Part shown: positions 1-10,435 of the stretch, piece after piece
How the letters are laid out: each line of letters opens with the position of its first letter
How positions within the stretch are numbered: the first letter of the stretch is position 1
DNA from: an uncultured Gemmatimonadota bacterium
GTDB taxonomy: Bacteria; GCA-2686955
Direction of reading: 5' to 3'
DNA length: 61,806 nucleotides
Assembly (NCBI GenBank): GCA_964490075.1
Contig: CAZBBK010000034.1
Location: 1 to 61,806, forward strand
Translations under genes and position numbers: made by a program
The notes under the pieces: model-generated
The model's input: only the letters and a program-made list of their open reading frames with translations
Databases searched by the model: none
What the model was told of the DNA's origin: nothing

Positions 1-38
1 CGGCCGGCGACTGTCCTGAGTTTTCGGACGGTAGGTGG

Positions 39-689
39 TTGACAACCGCAGGTAGCGGCAGCTCCTCCAAGGCGGAGTTGCTCGTCCTGCTCAAGACCCT
101 GGGACCGATGACCGCGCGAACGATCGCCCAGAGCCTGGGGATGACCGCGGCGGCGGCTCATCAGCATCTCGCCGGTCTTCGCGCGGACGCGCTCGTCGAT
201 TTCACCAAGGAGCGGAGCGGCAAGGGCCGGCCGGCGTATCTCTGGCACCTGACCTCCAAGGGGAACGCCCGCTTTCCGGATTCATATGCGGAGCTGGCGG
301 TGGGGTTGCTGCTGGCGTTTCGAGATCTCTTCGGCGAGGAGGGATTGCAGCAATTGGTGGCCGATCGAGCCGAGCGACAGCTCGAGCGCTATCGCGCGCG
401 CATGCCCGATCCCAGCGAGGCATCTCTGGCGGATCGGGTCGCCGCCCTCGCGCGAATCCGGCGCGAAGAAAACTACATGGCCGAGCTCGCGGACATTTCC
501 GGTGGAGGGCTGGAGCTCGTAGAGAACCACTGCGCGATCGAGCGGGCCGCCTGCGTTTGCCCCTTCCTGTGTGACAGCGAGCTCCGTCTCTTCCAGGCTA
601 CTCTCGGAGAAGATGTGAGCGTCGAAAGGGTCGAGCATTTCCTGGCTGGTGACTCGCGATGCGCGTATCGAATCGGGGGGCGCTCCTGA
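39..689 (+). CDS. SufR-like HTH (ArsR-type) metalloregulator
   Basis: N-terminal wHTH (AQSLGMTAAAAHQHL...GRPAYLWHLT); C-terminal Cys cluster ENHC..C.FLC..E...GDSRC typical of SufR. Confidence 0.8.
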   Translation: MTTAGSGSSSKAELLVLLKTLGPMTARTIAQSLGMTAAAAHQHLAGLRADALVDFTKERSGKGRPAYLWHLTSKGNARFPDSYAELAVGLLLAFRDLFGEEGLQQLVADRAERQLERYRARMPDPSEASLADRVAALARIRREENYMAELADISGGGLELVENHCAIERAACVCPFLCDSELRLFQATLGEDVSVERVEHFLAGDSRCAYRIGGRS

Positions 690-1724
690 TCACCGGAACG
701 GAGCTCTCACCTCCCATCCTCCACCACATGCCGCAAGAACCCCCCGGTGCCAGGCGAGACGTCGGCGGAGGTGTGGCCGAGACGCAGGAGAATGTCGTCA
801 TCCGAGTCACCCTCTTCCTCGTCGGCGCCCGCCATCGTTGGCCCGGCTCGAGGTTGTCAGGCCGACGGTAGAAGCGCGGTTCGATGTCCGCCATCTGCCG
901 GTGACGGTCCTACCTGCGGCACGGAGCGCGGCGGATTGCGCGCGTGCATGCCGAAGGGCAGCCGCGCTCAGGCGACTACGCCGACCCAACCTGCGAGCGC
1001 CTCTCGCAGCAGCGTCTGGTCCAGCGGTGAGAATGGTCCGGCCCGGACCATCGGAGCGCCGGTCTCGAGCCGGGCGAAGTCGAGCAACTGCCCGATCACC
1101 TTCATCATGGATTCGAGGCATGCCCTTCGGCCTTGGGTGAACCTGTCCCCGAGCTGCCGCTCCCCAGTTGGACATCGGCCGTGGCTGTAGCGCGCCAGAT
1201 GAGGTGCGCTTCGAGGAGATAGGCTCGCCCAGCTTGCCCCGATCCCAGTCCCGTGCTAGCGTGGTCACTCGGTCGCGGTTGTCCGGCGTTTTTCGCTGAG
1301 AGTGTGAGTCTTCGCAGGGGGAACACGGAGCCGAACGCGCGTGCCTTCAGGCGCCCGCTCCGCGCCCGCAGCCGGGCAGTTTATCGCTCGGGCAATTACG
1401 CGCTGATCCGGCGAGCGCCCGCAGTGGCCGCTAGGAGCCAATTGCGGATGGTCGTTCAAGCCCCGCTGGAGCGGATCAAGTATCTGATTGTATTTCAGGG
1501 GCTTAGCAGCTTTTGAGATCGGGCCGCAAGACGCGCGCGGGGCGCCGTGACGGCCATTCGCAACTCGCTCCCGGGGTCGGCCTCGGTAGCGCAGGACATA
1601 CGACGACGCACAGCAGAGCTCGACTCATCCGTGCAGAAGAGCTGCGTCACCATTTTTTGCTCCCTCCGCATCTCGCTGTTGTAGAGGCGGGAGGAAAGCG
1701 GCCGATCATGGCCGGAGAACAACC

Positions 1725-3113
1725 ATTTCCAGCTCCTTCGATTCCGACTCGATCGGCGCATTCGCCGATTTCGACCTTGATGCGCGCCTGCAGCGCGCCA
1801 TTCACGCCGCCGGCTATTGCGAGCCACGACCGATTCAGAGCTTGGCCCTGGGACCGGCCCTCGACGGTCTAGACGTGCTGGGCCTGGCACAGACGGGCAC
1901 CGGCAAGACCGCGGCATTCGCTCTCCCGATCCTCGATCACTTGCTCTGGCGACGGCGGCTTGGTCCGCGCGCGCTGGTGGTCGCACCCACGCGCGAGCTC
2001 GCCATGCAGATCCACGGTGAGTTCGAGCGCCTCGCCCGGTTCACCAACCTCACCACTACCTGCCTTTTTGGCGGGGTCTCCGAAAAGCCGCAGATTCGCG
2101 CCCTGCGGCAGCGGCCCGAAACAATCGTGGCCTGCCCTGGACGCCTGCTCGACCTCATGGGACGTGGCTTCGTCAATCTCGATGGAACCGAAATCCTGGT
2201 CCTCGACGAGGCCGACCACATGCTGGATATGGGCTTCCTGCCATCGATCCGGCGCATCCTCGCCGCACTCCCCCGGGAGCGGCAGAACCTGCTCTTCTCG
2301 GCCACCATGTCGGCGGAGATCCGTGGCCTGGCCGATCGTATCCTGCAGCGTCCTCATGTGGTCGAGCTCAATCACTCGAAGCCCGCCGACACCATTGAGC
2401 ACGCCCTCTATCCGGTCGAAGAGCGCGCCAAGATGGCCATGCTGGAGCACCTCATGGGCGACCGGGACTTTCGCTCCGCCATCGTGTTTCTGCGCACCAA
2501 GCGCCGTGCGCGGCAGATTGCCAAGCGGTTGGTGGGCTCGGGGCACAGGGCCGTGGCGTTACAGGGCAACATGTCCCAAAACGCTCGCGACCGCGCCATG
2601 GGGGGCTTCCGCTGTGGCACCTATGACGTGCTCGTGGCGACCGATATCGCGGCCCGCGGTATCGATGTGACGCATGTCTCGCACGTGATCAACTACGACG
2701 TGCCCAACACCCCGGATGCCTACACGCACCGCATCGGCCGAACCGGCCGTGGTGACAGCAGCGGTCGTGCCTACACCTTTGTTCAACGGACCGATGGGCC
2801 GTCGGTGCATGCGATCCAAGAACGCCTCGGGGAGAGGATCGCCCATGGCGAGGTCCCCAGGTTCATCGTCCAGTCGCTGCCAACCGAGCACCCACCGCGC
2901 GGCCGGAGCTCGACCGACAGCGGGATCTCCCCCGCTGCGACTCCGCGGCGAAAGAAGCCGCGCGGAGGCGGAATGACCAGAAATGGCCGCGGCCAAGCAC
3001 CACGCAATCGCGTTGTTGGCGCCCGTTCCCACCAGCAACGAGATGGCGACACGGCGCAACGCAGAGGTGGAGATCAAGGGCGCGCACGAACCCGACGGGG
3101 ACGACACCAATGA
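1725..3113 (+). CDS. rhlE: DEAD-box RNA helicase, RhlE-like; probable ATT start at 1725
   Basis: Q motif FADFDL..AGYCEPRPIQ lies in frame upstream of the ORF-track start (1842); AQTGTGKT, PTRELA, DEAD, SAT, ARGID, HRIGRTGR; basic tail; GGAG 7 nt before ATT. Confidence 0.85.
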   Translation: MSSSFDSDSIGAFADFDLDARLQRAIHAAGYCEPRPIQSLALGPALDGLDVLGLAQTGTGKTAAFALPILDHLLWRRRLGPRALVVAPTRELAMQIHGEFERLARFTNLTTTCLFGGVSEKPQIRALRQRPETIVACPGRLLDLMGRGFVNLDGTEILVLDEADHMLDMGFLPSIRRILAALPRERQNLLFSATMSAEIRGLADRILQRPHVVELNHSKPADTIEHALYPVEERAKMAMLEHLMGDRDFRSAIVFLRTKRRARQIAKRLVGSGHRAVALQGNMSQNARDRAMGGFRCGTYDVLVATDIAARGIDVTHVSHVINYDVPNTPDAYTHRIGRTGRGDSSGRAYTFVQRTDGPSVHAIQERLGERIAHGEVPRFIVQSLPTEHPPRGRSSTDSGISPAATPRRKKPRGGGMTRNGRGQAPRNRVVGARSHQQRDGDTAQRRGGDQGRARTRRGRHQ

Positions 3114-5014
3114 CCGCACCGCAAACAACCCCCGATGCCCTTCCGGTCGATTCGCCCCGCCCAGAACTGTCGCTGGCAACACTGGAGCCACAGTTCACCG
3201 ATTTGGGGCTGCGCCCGGAGATCCTCTGGGCCCTGACGGACCAAGGCTACGAACAACCGACACCGATTCAGGCGCGCTCGATCCCACCGCTGCTGGCTGG
3301 GCGCGATGTGCTGGGCCAGGCACAGACCGGGACCGGCAAGACCGCCGCGTTCGCGCTGCCCCTGCTGCAGCGGCTGGCTACCGACAGGAAGCACGTGCAG
3401 GCCATCGTGCTCACGCCAACGCGCGAGCTGGCGCTGCAGGTGGCCGCGGCCGTGCGTGCTTACGGGCGACGCCTCGGCGAGCGCGGAGTTCATGTGTTGC
3501 CGGTATATGGCGGACAGCCAATCGGCGTGCAACTACGCGCCCTGGCAAGGGGCGGCGTTCAAGTCGTCATTGGTACACCGGGGCGAGTGCGAGACCACCT
3601 TGAGCGCGGCAGCCTGGACCTGAGCCAAGTGACGTTCTTTGGCCTCGACGAGGCGGACGAGATGCTCAACATGGGCTTCATCGAGGACGTCCAGTGGATT
3701 CTCGAGCACGCCCCCGCCGATCGCCAAATCGCGCTCTTTTCCGCCACCCTGCCCCCTCCCATTCGCCGCGTCGTCGAGACCCACCTCACCGACCCTGAGA
3801 ACGTCAGAGTGGAGCAGCGGACCCTCACCGTTTCAAACGTCGAGGAGCTGAGTCTGCGTGTGGCGCGGTCGGCCAAGGGCGCGGCTCTGGAGCGGTTGCT
3901 GGAGGTGGAAGAGCACGAGGCGATCCTGGTCTTTACGCGGACTCAGAAGGCCACCGCGGAACTGGCCGAGCAGCTGGAAGCGCACGGGCACTCGGCGGAG
4001 TGTATCCACGGTGGCATGAACCAGTCCCAGCGAGAGGCGGTCGTACGCCGGCTGCGCGCCCGTGCCACCGAGGTAGTGGTGGCGACGGACGTGGCCGCCC
4101 GCGGACTCGACGTGGATCACATCGGCCTGGTGGTGAACTACGACCTGCCGCGCGACCGGGAGATCTACGTGCATCGGGTCGGCCGCACCGCCCGAGCTGG
4201 GCGCTCGGGGCGGGCCATCACCTTCTGGGAACCACGCGAACGGCGTCTCCTGCAAAGCATCGAGCGCTTCAGTGGCCAGCCCATGCGGCCCATGCGCCTG
4301 CCCGGCAGGGCCGAGGTGCTCGACCGCCGGCGGGCCCGCTTCGCGGAACGCGTGTGCGAAGTTGCCGAGCTGGACCAGCGGGAGTTTTTGGAGCTGGTCG
4401 AGTCGCTGGCTCTGGAAAACGGATTGAGCCCTGCCCAGGTGGCGGCAGCGACGGCCCGCATCGCTTGGGGTGACGGGCCGCTTGCGGCCAAGCCGGAGCC
4501 ACTGCGCAACGGCCATTCGTCCGCCAGGAGCGATGCACGTGAAGAGCGGGGGAGGAGCAATGGCTCCCGGCAACATGATGGGCCCACCTCGGATCAAGTC
4601 GAGGTGGTCTTTCCAGTCGGTCGCTGGAATCAGGTGCGCCCGATCGACATCGTGCAGGCGGTGCAGGAGCGAACCCAGATCCCGGCGGAGCGAATCGGCC
4701 ACATACACATTCTCGACAAGGTCTGCCTCGTGAGTGTCCCCACCGCGCAAGCCTCCGACGTGCTAACGCAGATGGCGGGCGCGCGCATTCGTGGCCGCTT
4801 CATTCGCCCGCGTCTGGCGCACCCCGAGGCTGCCGCGGAGACCCCTGTGGACGCCAACTCCAAGGCCAAACGACGCAAGCCCAACGGTCGTCCGCCAATG
4901 GAAGAGGGCCACCGCCGCCACTCCCGTCATGCTCGCCGAGGCGAGCCCCGAGCCAAGCACTCGTCCCGCAAACACCCGCGCAAACGCAAACCCGCCAACC
5001 GCCACCGAGGATGA
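3110..5014 (+). CDS. deaD: DEAD-box RNA helicase, DeaD/CsdA-like, with C-terminal DbpA RNA-binding domain
   Basis: Q motif GYEQPTPIQ, all DEAD motifs, C-terminal VGRWNQVRPIDIV..IGHIHI; ATGA overlap with the upstream helicase. Confidence 0.85.
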   Translation: MTAPQTTPDALPVDSPRPELSLATLEPQFTDLGLRPEILWALTDQGYEQPTPIQARSIPPLLAGRDVLGQAQTGTGKTAAFALPLLQRLATDRKHVQAIVLTPTRELALQVAAAVRAYGRRLGERGVHVLPVYGGQPIGVQLRALARGGVQVVIGTPGRVRDHLERGSLDLSQVTFFGLDEADEMLNMGFIEDVQWILEHAPADRQIALFSATLPPPIRRVVETHLTDPENVRVEQRTLTVSNVEELSLRVARSAKGAALERLLEVEEHEAILVFTRTQKATAELAEQLEAHGHSAECIHGGMNQSQREAVVRRLRARATEVVVATDVAARGLDVDHIGLVVNYDLPRDREIYVHRVGRTARAGRSGRAITFWEPRERRLLQSIERFSGQPMRPMRLPGRAEVLDRRRARFAERVCEVAELDQREFLELVESLALENGLSPAQVAAATARIAWGDGPLAAKPEPLRNGHSSARSDAREERGRSNGSRQHDGPTSDQVEVVFPVGRWNQVRPIDIVQAVQERTQIPAERIGHIHILDKVCLVSVPTAQASDVLTQMAGARIRGRFIRPRLAHPEAAAETPVDANSKAKRRKPNGRPPMEEGHRRHSRHARRGEPRAKHSSRKHPRKRKPANRHRG

Positions 5015-5304
5015 GCACCACCGGGTTTCGGTAGCCGTGCGTCGCTCACAGTACCGCTGGCGCACCCGCTACCTGGATTCCAACCGCTGTTTCCTCCACC
5101 ATATTCATGATGATCCGGGACGATTTCGGTCGAGCTCTTTCTCGGCGCGAGCCTTCTCGCCCGCGAATCGCCGGCACCGGGCAAGCTCCACCCCTTGCAC
5201 CACATCGGAGCTGCGCGTACGGCGCGGGGATCGGCTGGTGTCAGATGAGATCGAGCTCGGACGCAAGCCGGGCAGGCCAGCCTCTGGAGGGCGCGGGCTT
5301 CGGC

Positions 5305-7908
5305 TCATGCGCCGCCCGCCTCGACCCGAAGTGTCACGACCCCCCGTGCCACGAGCGGAACCTCGACGCTGGAGCCCTCCACGACGAGCGGCGCGATCGG
5401 ACGCTCGAGCAGGTCGCAGAGATCGGCCTTCGTCACGAGGAAGGGCAGGTCGATCCGGGCGACGCCGCCCGCGGCCCCGGCTCGCAGGCGCAGAACGAGG
5501 GCCCGTCCGATCTCGGCGCGCTTGGCCGCGACCACCTGGGCCACGCCCTCGAGGCCGAAGAAAGTGCCCGAGGGGGCGAGCCCGGCGTCGCCGCGACCCT
5601 CCTCGACCCAGGTTGCCATCGCGGGCGCCACGTCGCGGCGGAAGGTCTCGCGCGCGGGGGGGCGGGCAGCGGCATCTCCGAAACGCACGTGAAATCGGAA
5701 GCGCATCCAGTCCGCGGTGCCGGGCTCGGCCTCGATCTCGAGCACTTCACCGCCCAGGACCATGCCCTCGTCGGCGTGGCGGATCAGCTTCGCGGTGAGG
5801 GTGGTCTCGTCGTTTTCGAGCTCGGACAGGGGGGCGCCATGCATTTCGCCGAGGTCGAGTATCGGGGCGTCGGGGCTGCTCACGGCCATCCAGCGGCCCG
5901 CGGTCCCGCTGAGAATCCCCCCGGTTGCGTGGCCGAAATGGGCCAGGCTGGCTCCGGGTAGGCTCTCCGGGCCCGGGCGAAAGAGGCCGTCGGGCCCGTC
6001 GATCGCGAGGAGGGTGGGGGGCACGAGGTTGCCGGGGAAGTGGACGCCGTAGTGGTGCGAGTGGATTTCGAAGGGGACGAATGGCAAGGCGGATCGGCGC
6101 AGGTAGAGGGTGAGGTCGACGCGGGTGTCGTCGGCGAAGAGGCGGTACTCGCGGACGAAATCGAGGTCGCGATCGCAGACGATCGCCCGCCGGAAGAGGG
6201 GACCAGCCTCCTCGACGCGGATCTCGACGGGTCGCGGATCGGCGGGATGCGTGATGCCGAAGAAGACCTCGAGGTTTTCGCCCCGCTCGATCCCTCCGAG
6301 CCCGCGCCCGTCCGCCGAGGCGATCCAGTCGAACCGGCGGGCGTGATCGATCAGCTCTCGCCCCGTCCCGGTGCGTGGATCGAGCACGAGCTCGAGATCA
6401 CCCGCGGTGAGCCGATCGCCCTGCGACCAAAGCGGCGCCTCCAGCGGCGGCCCGTCACGTGTCACCCGCCAGCGCGCCCAACCCCTCGCCGGCATCTTCG
6501 CGCGAAAGGCCAGGGCAGAACGGTCCTTGCGCGTCCAGCGGAAGAGCGCGTCTTCGCCGCTCGACGGGTCCACGATTCGGGTCTCGGGGGGCTGGGAAGC
6601 CCCGCAATCGACCTCGATCACCCCCTCGAACGCCGTCCCCAGGGGGTTCACCACCACGATTCCCCGCTCGCCCTCGGGGACCCGCCCGGGCGCAAACGTG
6701 GCCAGCGCCTCGTCCCCCACCTCTTCCACGATCTCGTGGGCGCGCCGCGCGATCGCCACGAACTCCCGGTTCTCTTGACGCACCGCCTCGACCGGATTGA
6801 GCCCCGGCCAGCCCATGCCGCCCCCCGAATGTTCGTCGAAAACAAGCGTGTGTTTCCAGGCCTCGGCAAGGGATGCGTGCGGGTAAGGGAGGGCCTCGAC
6901 GAGATCGAGATGGGCCCGCAGCGCCTCGAGACCGGGCAGCGCCGAGCGGGCCTGGCGCACCCATGCCGTGCTCACCGGCGTCACCGTCGTCACATCCTCC
7001 CACTGGCCCGCCGCATCGCCCGAATAGGTCGGGAAAGTGTCGCCATAGGTCGCCTCCATATGCTCGAAGAACTCGCGTGCCGTAGCGATCCGCACGCGCG
7101 GCGTTTCGTGGACGGCGTTCCAGTCGCGGGCGAGCTTGACCATGCTCCAGTTCGGCATGTGGTCGTCGAAGGCGCGACAGACGAGCACTGCGTCGTAGGG
7201 GTATCCGGCGGCTTCGAACTCGGCGATTCGACGGGGGACCTTATGCTCCATCGTCGCCAGATTCAGCATGCCCCATTCGACGTATCCCTCGGCATAGGAT
7301 CCGTGGGTTCTCCAGGTGAGCACGCGCGAACCGTCTCGCCCCCCCCACCAGAAGGCCCGATCCGAGAGGGGGATCTCCGGTTCGCCCCCAAAAGTGTCGT
7401 TTGGTCCGAGCACTGCGTAGGGAATGCCCGCGCTCGCGAGCAGGCGCGGCGTGGCGAGGGTGAAGCCGGGGACGTCGTCCAGAAAAACCGTTGCCGCCTC
7501 GGTGCCGAGACGATGCCCGTGGGCCAGAGCCGGGTAGACCAGGCGATGGTGTTGCTCCTCTCCGACGTATCCGGTGCGCATATTGGTGAAGTTGGCGCCG
7601 TATTCGAAACGCCCCTCGGCGAGCAGATCGGCCAGGCGCGCCTCTTCGGCGGGGGAGGCTCGATCGAGAAAGGTTTCGAGCTGGTAGCCGGTCTCGATCA
7701 CCCAGCGATATTCCGGGTAGGTGTCGGCGAGGTCGAGGGCGAGCAGGGTCCGTTCGTGGTTCCGCTCCTGCATGACCGAGGGGGGCGCGTTGAAGCCGAC
7801 ATCGGCGTGGGCGAACTCCACGACGAAGAGGGTCTCGATCTCGGCCAAGGCGGGCGGAGAGTGCCCGAGGCAGAAGAGGGGGACGAAGAGGAGAATTCGA
7901 AGGCGCAT
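5305..7908 (-). CDS. Secreted GH38-like (alpha-mannosidase fold) glycoside hydrolase
   Basis: Signal peptide; FAHADVGF, DDVPGF, FWWGGRDGSRVL, FDEHSGG; C-terminal KRAE...LVLRL...DLLE. Confidence 0.75.
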   Translation of the reverse strand: MRLRILLFVPLFCLGHSPPALAEIETLFVVEFAHADVGFNAPPSVMQERNHERTLLALDLADTYPEYRWVIETGYQLETFLDRASPAEEARLADLLAEGRFEYGANFTNMRTGYVGEEQHHRLVYPALAHGHRLGTEAATVFLDDVPGFTLATPRLLASAGIPYAVLGPNDTFGGEPEIPLSDRAFWWGGRDGSRVLTWRTHGSYAEGYVEWGMLNLATMEHKVPRRIAEFEAAGYPYDAVLVCRAFDDHMPNWSMVKLARDWNAVHETPRVRIATAREFFEHMEATYGDTFPTYSGDAAGQWEDVTTVTPVSTAWVRQARSALPGLEALRAHLDLVEALPYPHASLAEAWKHTLVFDEHSGGGMGWPGLNPVEAVRQENREFVAIARRAHEIVEEVGDEALATFAPGRVPEGERGIVVVNPLGTAFEGVIEVDCGASQPPETRIVDPSSGEDALFRWTRKDRSALAFRAKMPARGWARWRVTRDGPPLEAPLWSQGDRLTAGDLELVLDPRTGTGRELIDHARRFDWIASADGRGLGGIERGENLEVFFGITHPADPRPVEIRVEEAGPLFRRAIVCDRDLDFVREYRLFADDTRVDLTLYLRRSALPFVPFEIHSHHYGVHFPGNLVPPTLLAIDGPDGLFRPGPESLPGASLAHFGHATGGILSGTAGRWMAVSSPDAPILDLGEMHGAPLSELENDETTLTAKLIRHADEGMVLGGEVLEIEAEPGTADWMRFRFHVRFGDAAARPPARETFRRDVAPAMATWVEEGRGDAGLAPSGTFFGLEGVAQVVAAKRAEIGRALVLRLRAGAAGGVARIDLPFLVTKADLCDLLERPIAPLVVEGSSVEVPLVARGVVTLRVEAGGA

Positions 7909-8090
7909 GGGGGAAAGCTAACGCTGCTCTCCCTCATGAGTCGACGCCATGTCACCGCATCCGGCCTCGCCGTCACCCTCCCGCTTCTGTCATGGTGCCG
8001 TCGTGGGTGCTCCCTTGGTCCGCCGATCCCCCCACGGCGTGCGCTGGCGACACCTAGAAGCCATTATAATACAATATCTTACGATGGCAC

Positions 8091-8131
8091 ATGAATATTC
8101 TGCATTCAACACAGAACTTTCATGATATCCT
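8091..8131 (+). promoter_or_regulatory. Palindromic operator plus extended -10 ahead of the ATPase gene
   Basis: ATGAATATTCTG-N9-CAGAACTTTCAT (10 of 12 dyad); TGnTATCCT ends 7 nt before ATG 8139; no SD. Confidence 0.45.
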
Positions 8132-8138
8132 CTTTCTC

Positions 8139-9299
8139 ATGAATCGCCCGGAGTTCATCCAGAAGATCCGGCGGGCCTTCGAAGTAACGCCGACCGTGGC
8201 CTTGCTGGGCCCCCGTCAATGCGGGAAGACGACCCTGGCGCGAGCCTACATTGCCGAGTGGGCTTCAGACCTGCCGCCCGTCAACTACTTCGACCTCGAA
8301 GATCCGACGGACCTGGACAGGCTCGATGATGCCAAGCTGGCCCTCGCGGATCTCCGCGGGCTCGTCGTGATCGACGAGATTCAACGCCGGCCCGAGCTCT
8401 TCCCGCTGCTCCGGACCCTGATCGATCGGACCGACCGTCCGGCGCGGTTCTTGATCCTCGGCAGCGCATCTCGTGATCTGATCCGGCAGGGCTCGGAGAC
8501 TCTCGCGGGCCGGATCTCCTTCGTGGAGATGACTCCCTTCGCGGGTCGGGAAGTGGGCGGGAATGCACTCGATACCCTGTGGATCCGTGGAGGCTTTCCG
8601 CTCTCGTTTCTCGCCTCCTCGATCGACACGAGCGCGGCCTGGCGCAAGGAGTTTATCAGGGCCTTCCTCGAACGCGACATCCCGGCGCTCGGCATCACGA
8701 TCCCGCCGCGGACGATCCGTCGTTTCTGGCAAATGCTCGTTCACTTCCATGCGCAGACCTTCAACGCTTCGGAGATTGGATCTTCCATGGGCGTTAGCGA
8801 CACCACTGCAAGTCGCTACCTGGACATCCTAGCCGGCACGTTCATGGTTCGTAGACTTCAGCCCTGGTTCGAGAACGTTGGAAAACGACAGGTCAAGCGC
8901 CCCAAGATCTACTTCCGAGACTCGGGCATTCTCCACTCACTGCTCGGATCAACGACGCGCGAAGAACTGCTGGTCCACCCCAAGCTCGGCGCCTCCTGGG
9001 AAGGCTTCGCCCTCGAGGAGATGATCAGGCTGAACGGGGCCGACGAAGATGAGGTCTACTTCTGGGCGGTACACCAGCAGGCGGAGCTCGACCTGTTGAT
9101 CGTGCGCGGCAGCCAGAAACTCGGATTCGAGTTCAAGCATGGCAGCGCTCCCGGCATGACGCGTTCACTCAGCCGTGCTCGCGAGCTACTGGCACTCGAT
9201 AGCATCACGGTGGTCTATCCAGGCGACAAGGACTACGCACTGGCGGAAGACGTCTTCGTTCGCGGGCTGAAGGGCTATTTGCCCTGCGATGGCAAGTAA
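8139..9299 (+). CDS. AAA_14 ATPase with DUF4143/PD-(D/E)XK C-terminal domain
   Basis: [42 protein letters not shown]...GFEFK. Confidence 0.9.
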   Translation: MNRPEFIQKIRRAFEVTPTVALLGPRQCGKTTLARAYIAEWASDLPPVNYFDLEDPTDLDRLDDAKLALADLRGLVVIDEIQRRPELFPLLRTLIDRTDRPARFLILGSASRDLIRQGSETLAGRISFVEMTPFAGREVGGNALDTLWIRGGFPLSFLASSIDTSAAWRKEFIRAFLERDIPALGITIPPRTIRRFWQMLVHFHAQTFNASEIGSSMGVSDTTASRYLDILAGTFMVRRLQPWFENVGKRQVKRPKIYFRDSGILHSLLGSTTREELLVHPKLGASWEGFALEEMIRLNGADEDEVYFWAVHQQAELDLLIVRGSQKLGFEFKHGSAPGMTRSLSRARELLALDSITVVYPGDKDYALAEDVFVRGLKGYLPCDGK

Positions 9300-9311
9300 C
9301 GAGTCGCTACG

Positions 9312-9455
9312 GTGGCGCATCGGCGTCCGCCGAGGTTGAGCGCAGCGGAGAGGGAACGGATCGGACAGCTCGCCCGGGATCTCGACTCGATCTGGGCGGC
9401 GCCAACCACTACGAACCGGGACAAGAAGGCGCTGCGTCGCTGCCTGTTCGAACGG
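9312..9455 (+). pseudogene. C-terminal fragment of a large serine recombinase
   Basis: [33 protein letters not shown] resembles the coiled-coil/C-terminal segment of recombinase-family proteins; no catalytic domain. Confidence 0.5.
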
Positions 9456-9477
9456 GAAGGACAACCCCTCCACACGC

Positions 9478-9691
9478 AGCCGCTGGTCAGGTCCTCGATG
9501 AAGCGCCGCCGGTCACGCGGCTCGTCGCCCTCGATCTCAACCACGCGGAAGGCGAGCATCGCGGGCAGCAGCTCGTCCGCCTGGCCGCCGGACTTGGCGA
9601 GCTTGCGGTCCGAGAGGATGCGCTCCTCGCGGACCTTCATCCCCCGGATGTTTCCTGTGAGCCCCGTGGGGCAGATGATGATCTCGGACAT
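9478..9691 (-). pseudogene. Internally deleted phage tail/baseplate-like gene remnant
   Basis: SD GAGG, then [42 protein letters not shown] joined directly to [17 protein letters not shown]; recalled similarity only. Confidence 0.35.
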
Positions 9692-9805
9692 CGGCGTGCA
9701 CCTCTTCGTGCGAGTGGTCTCCAGGAGGGCAAAGCGCCAAGGGAGTCGGACCGGGACGGCTGAGCGCATTTCTCCACTCCGAGTTTGGTTCTCCGCGCAG
9801 AGGCC

Positions 9806-9836
9806 TTGCGCAAAACTAAACTCGCGGTTTAGTATT
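9806..9836 (+). promoter_or_regulatory. AbiE promoter/operator inverted repeat
   Basis: ACTAAAC-N5-GTTTAGT (9815-9833) just upstream of the antitoxin ATG. Confidence 0.5.
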
Positions 9837-9844
9837 CGGGCGCC

Positions 9845-10435
9845 ATGGCGAACGAAACCGTAGGACGTGGCGGGCCTCGTTGGAGTGAGCTCTACGAGAC
9901 CGCGGCAGCCCAAGAAGGCCACTTCACGACCGCGCAGGCGGCGGAGGCGGGGTACTACCCACAGCTGCTCACGAAGTACCTCAACAACGGCAAGATCGTC
10001 CGCGTGCGCCGCGGCGTCTATCGGTTGGTGCACTTCCCGCCCGCTGACCACGAGGATCTCGTCGTCATCTGGCTGTGGTCCAAACGCAGCGGTGTCTTCA
10101 GCCACGAGACAGCACTGGCACTGCACCAGCTCTCGGGTGCGCTTCCAGCGAAGGCGCACCTGACGCTCCCGGCCGTGTGGAAGTCGAGCCGATCCCGGGT
10201 ACTTCCCGGCGTGGTCCTCCACTTCTTCGACATTGCAGACACCGACCGGGGGTGGGCCGGCTCTGTCCAGGTCACGACGCCGACGCGAACGGTGATCGAC
10301 TGCGCGGCGGCAGGCGTGTCCCCGCTGATCGTGGAGCAGGCTGTTGACGAGGGCGTCCATCGGGGCCTCTTCACGACGGCCCAGATCGAGCCGGCCACGG
10401 AGTACCTGCAGTCGTTCAAGGAGGGGGACTCGTGA
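9845..10435 (+). CDS. abiEi: Type IV toxin-antitoxin AbiEi antitoxin
   Basis: [13 protein letters not shown] w[32 protein letters not shown]. Confidence 0.85.
   Translation: MANETVGRGGPRWSELYETAAAQEGHFTTAQAAEAGYYPQLLTKYLNNGKIVRVRRGVYRLVHFPPADHEDLVVIWLWSKRSGVFSHETALALHQLSGALPAKAHLTLPAVWKSSRSRVLPGVVLHFFDIADTDRGWAGSVQVTTPTRTVIDCAAAGVSPLIVEQAVDEGVHRGLFTTAQIEPATEYLQSFKEGDS

Noticed and set aside
700-1250. Possible decayed minus-strand gene (MMKVIGQLLDFARLE...)
   Set aside because: Multiple stops and no recognisable family
6040-8094. 684-aa plus-strand ORF
   Set aside because: Antisense shadow of the GH38-like gene; no motifs
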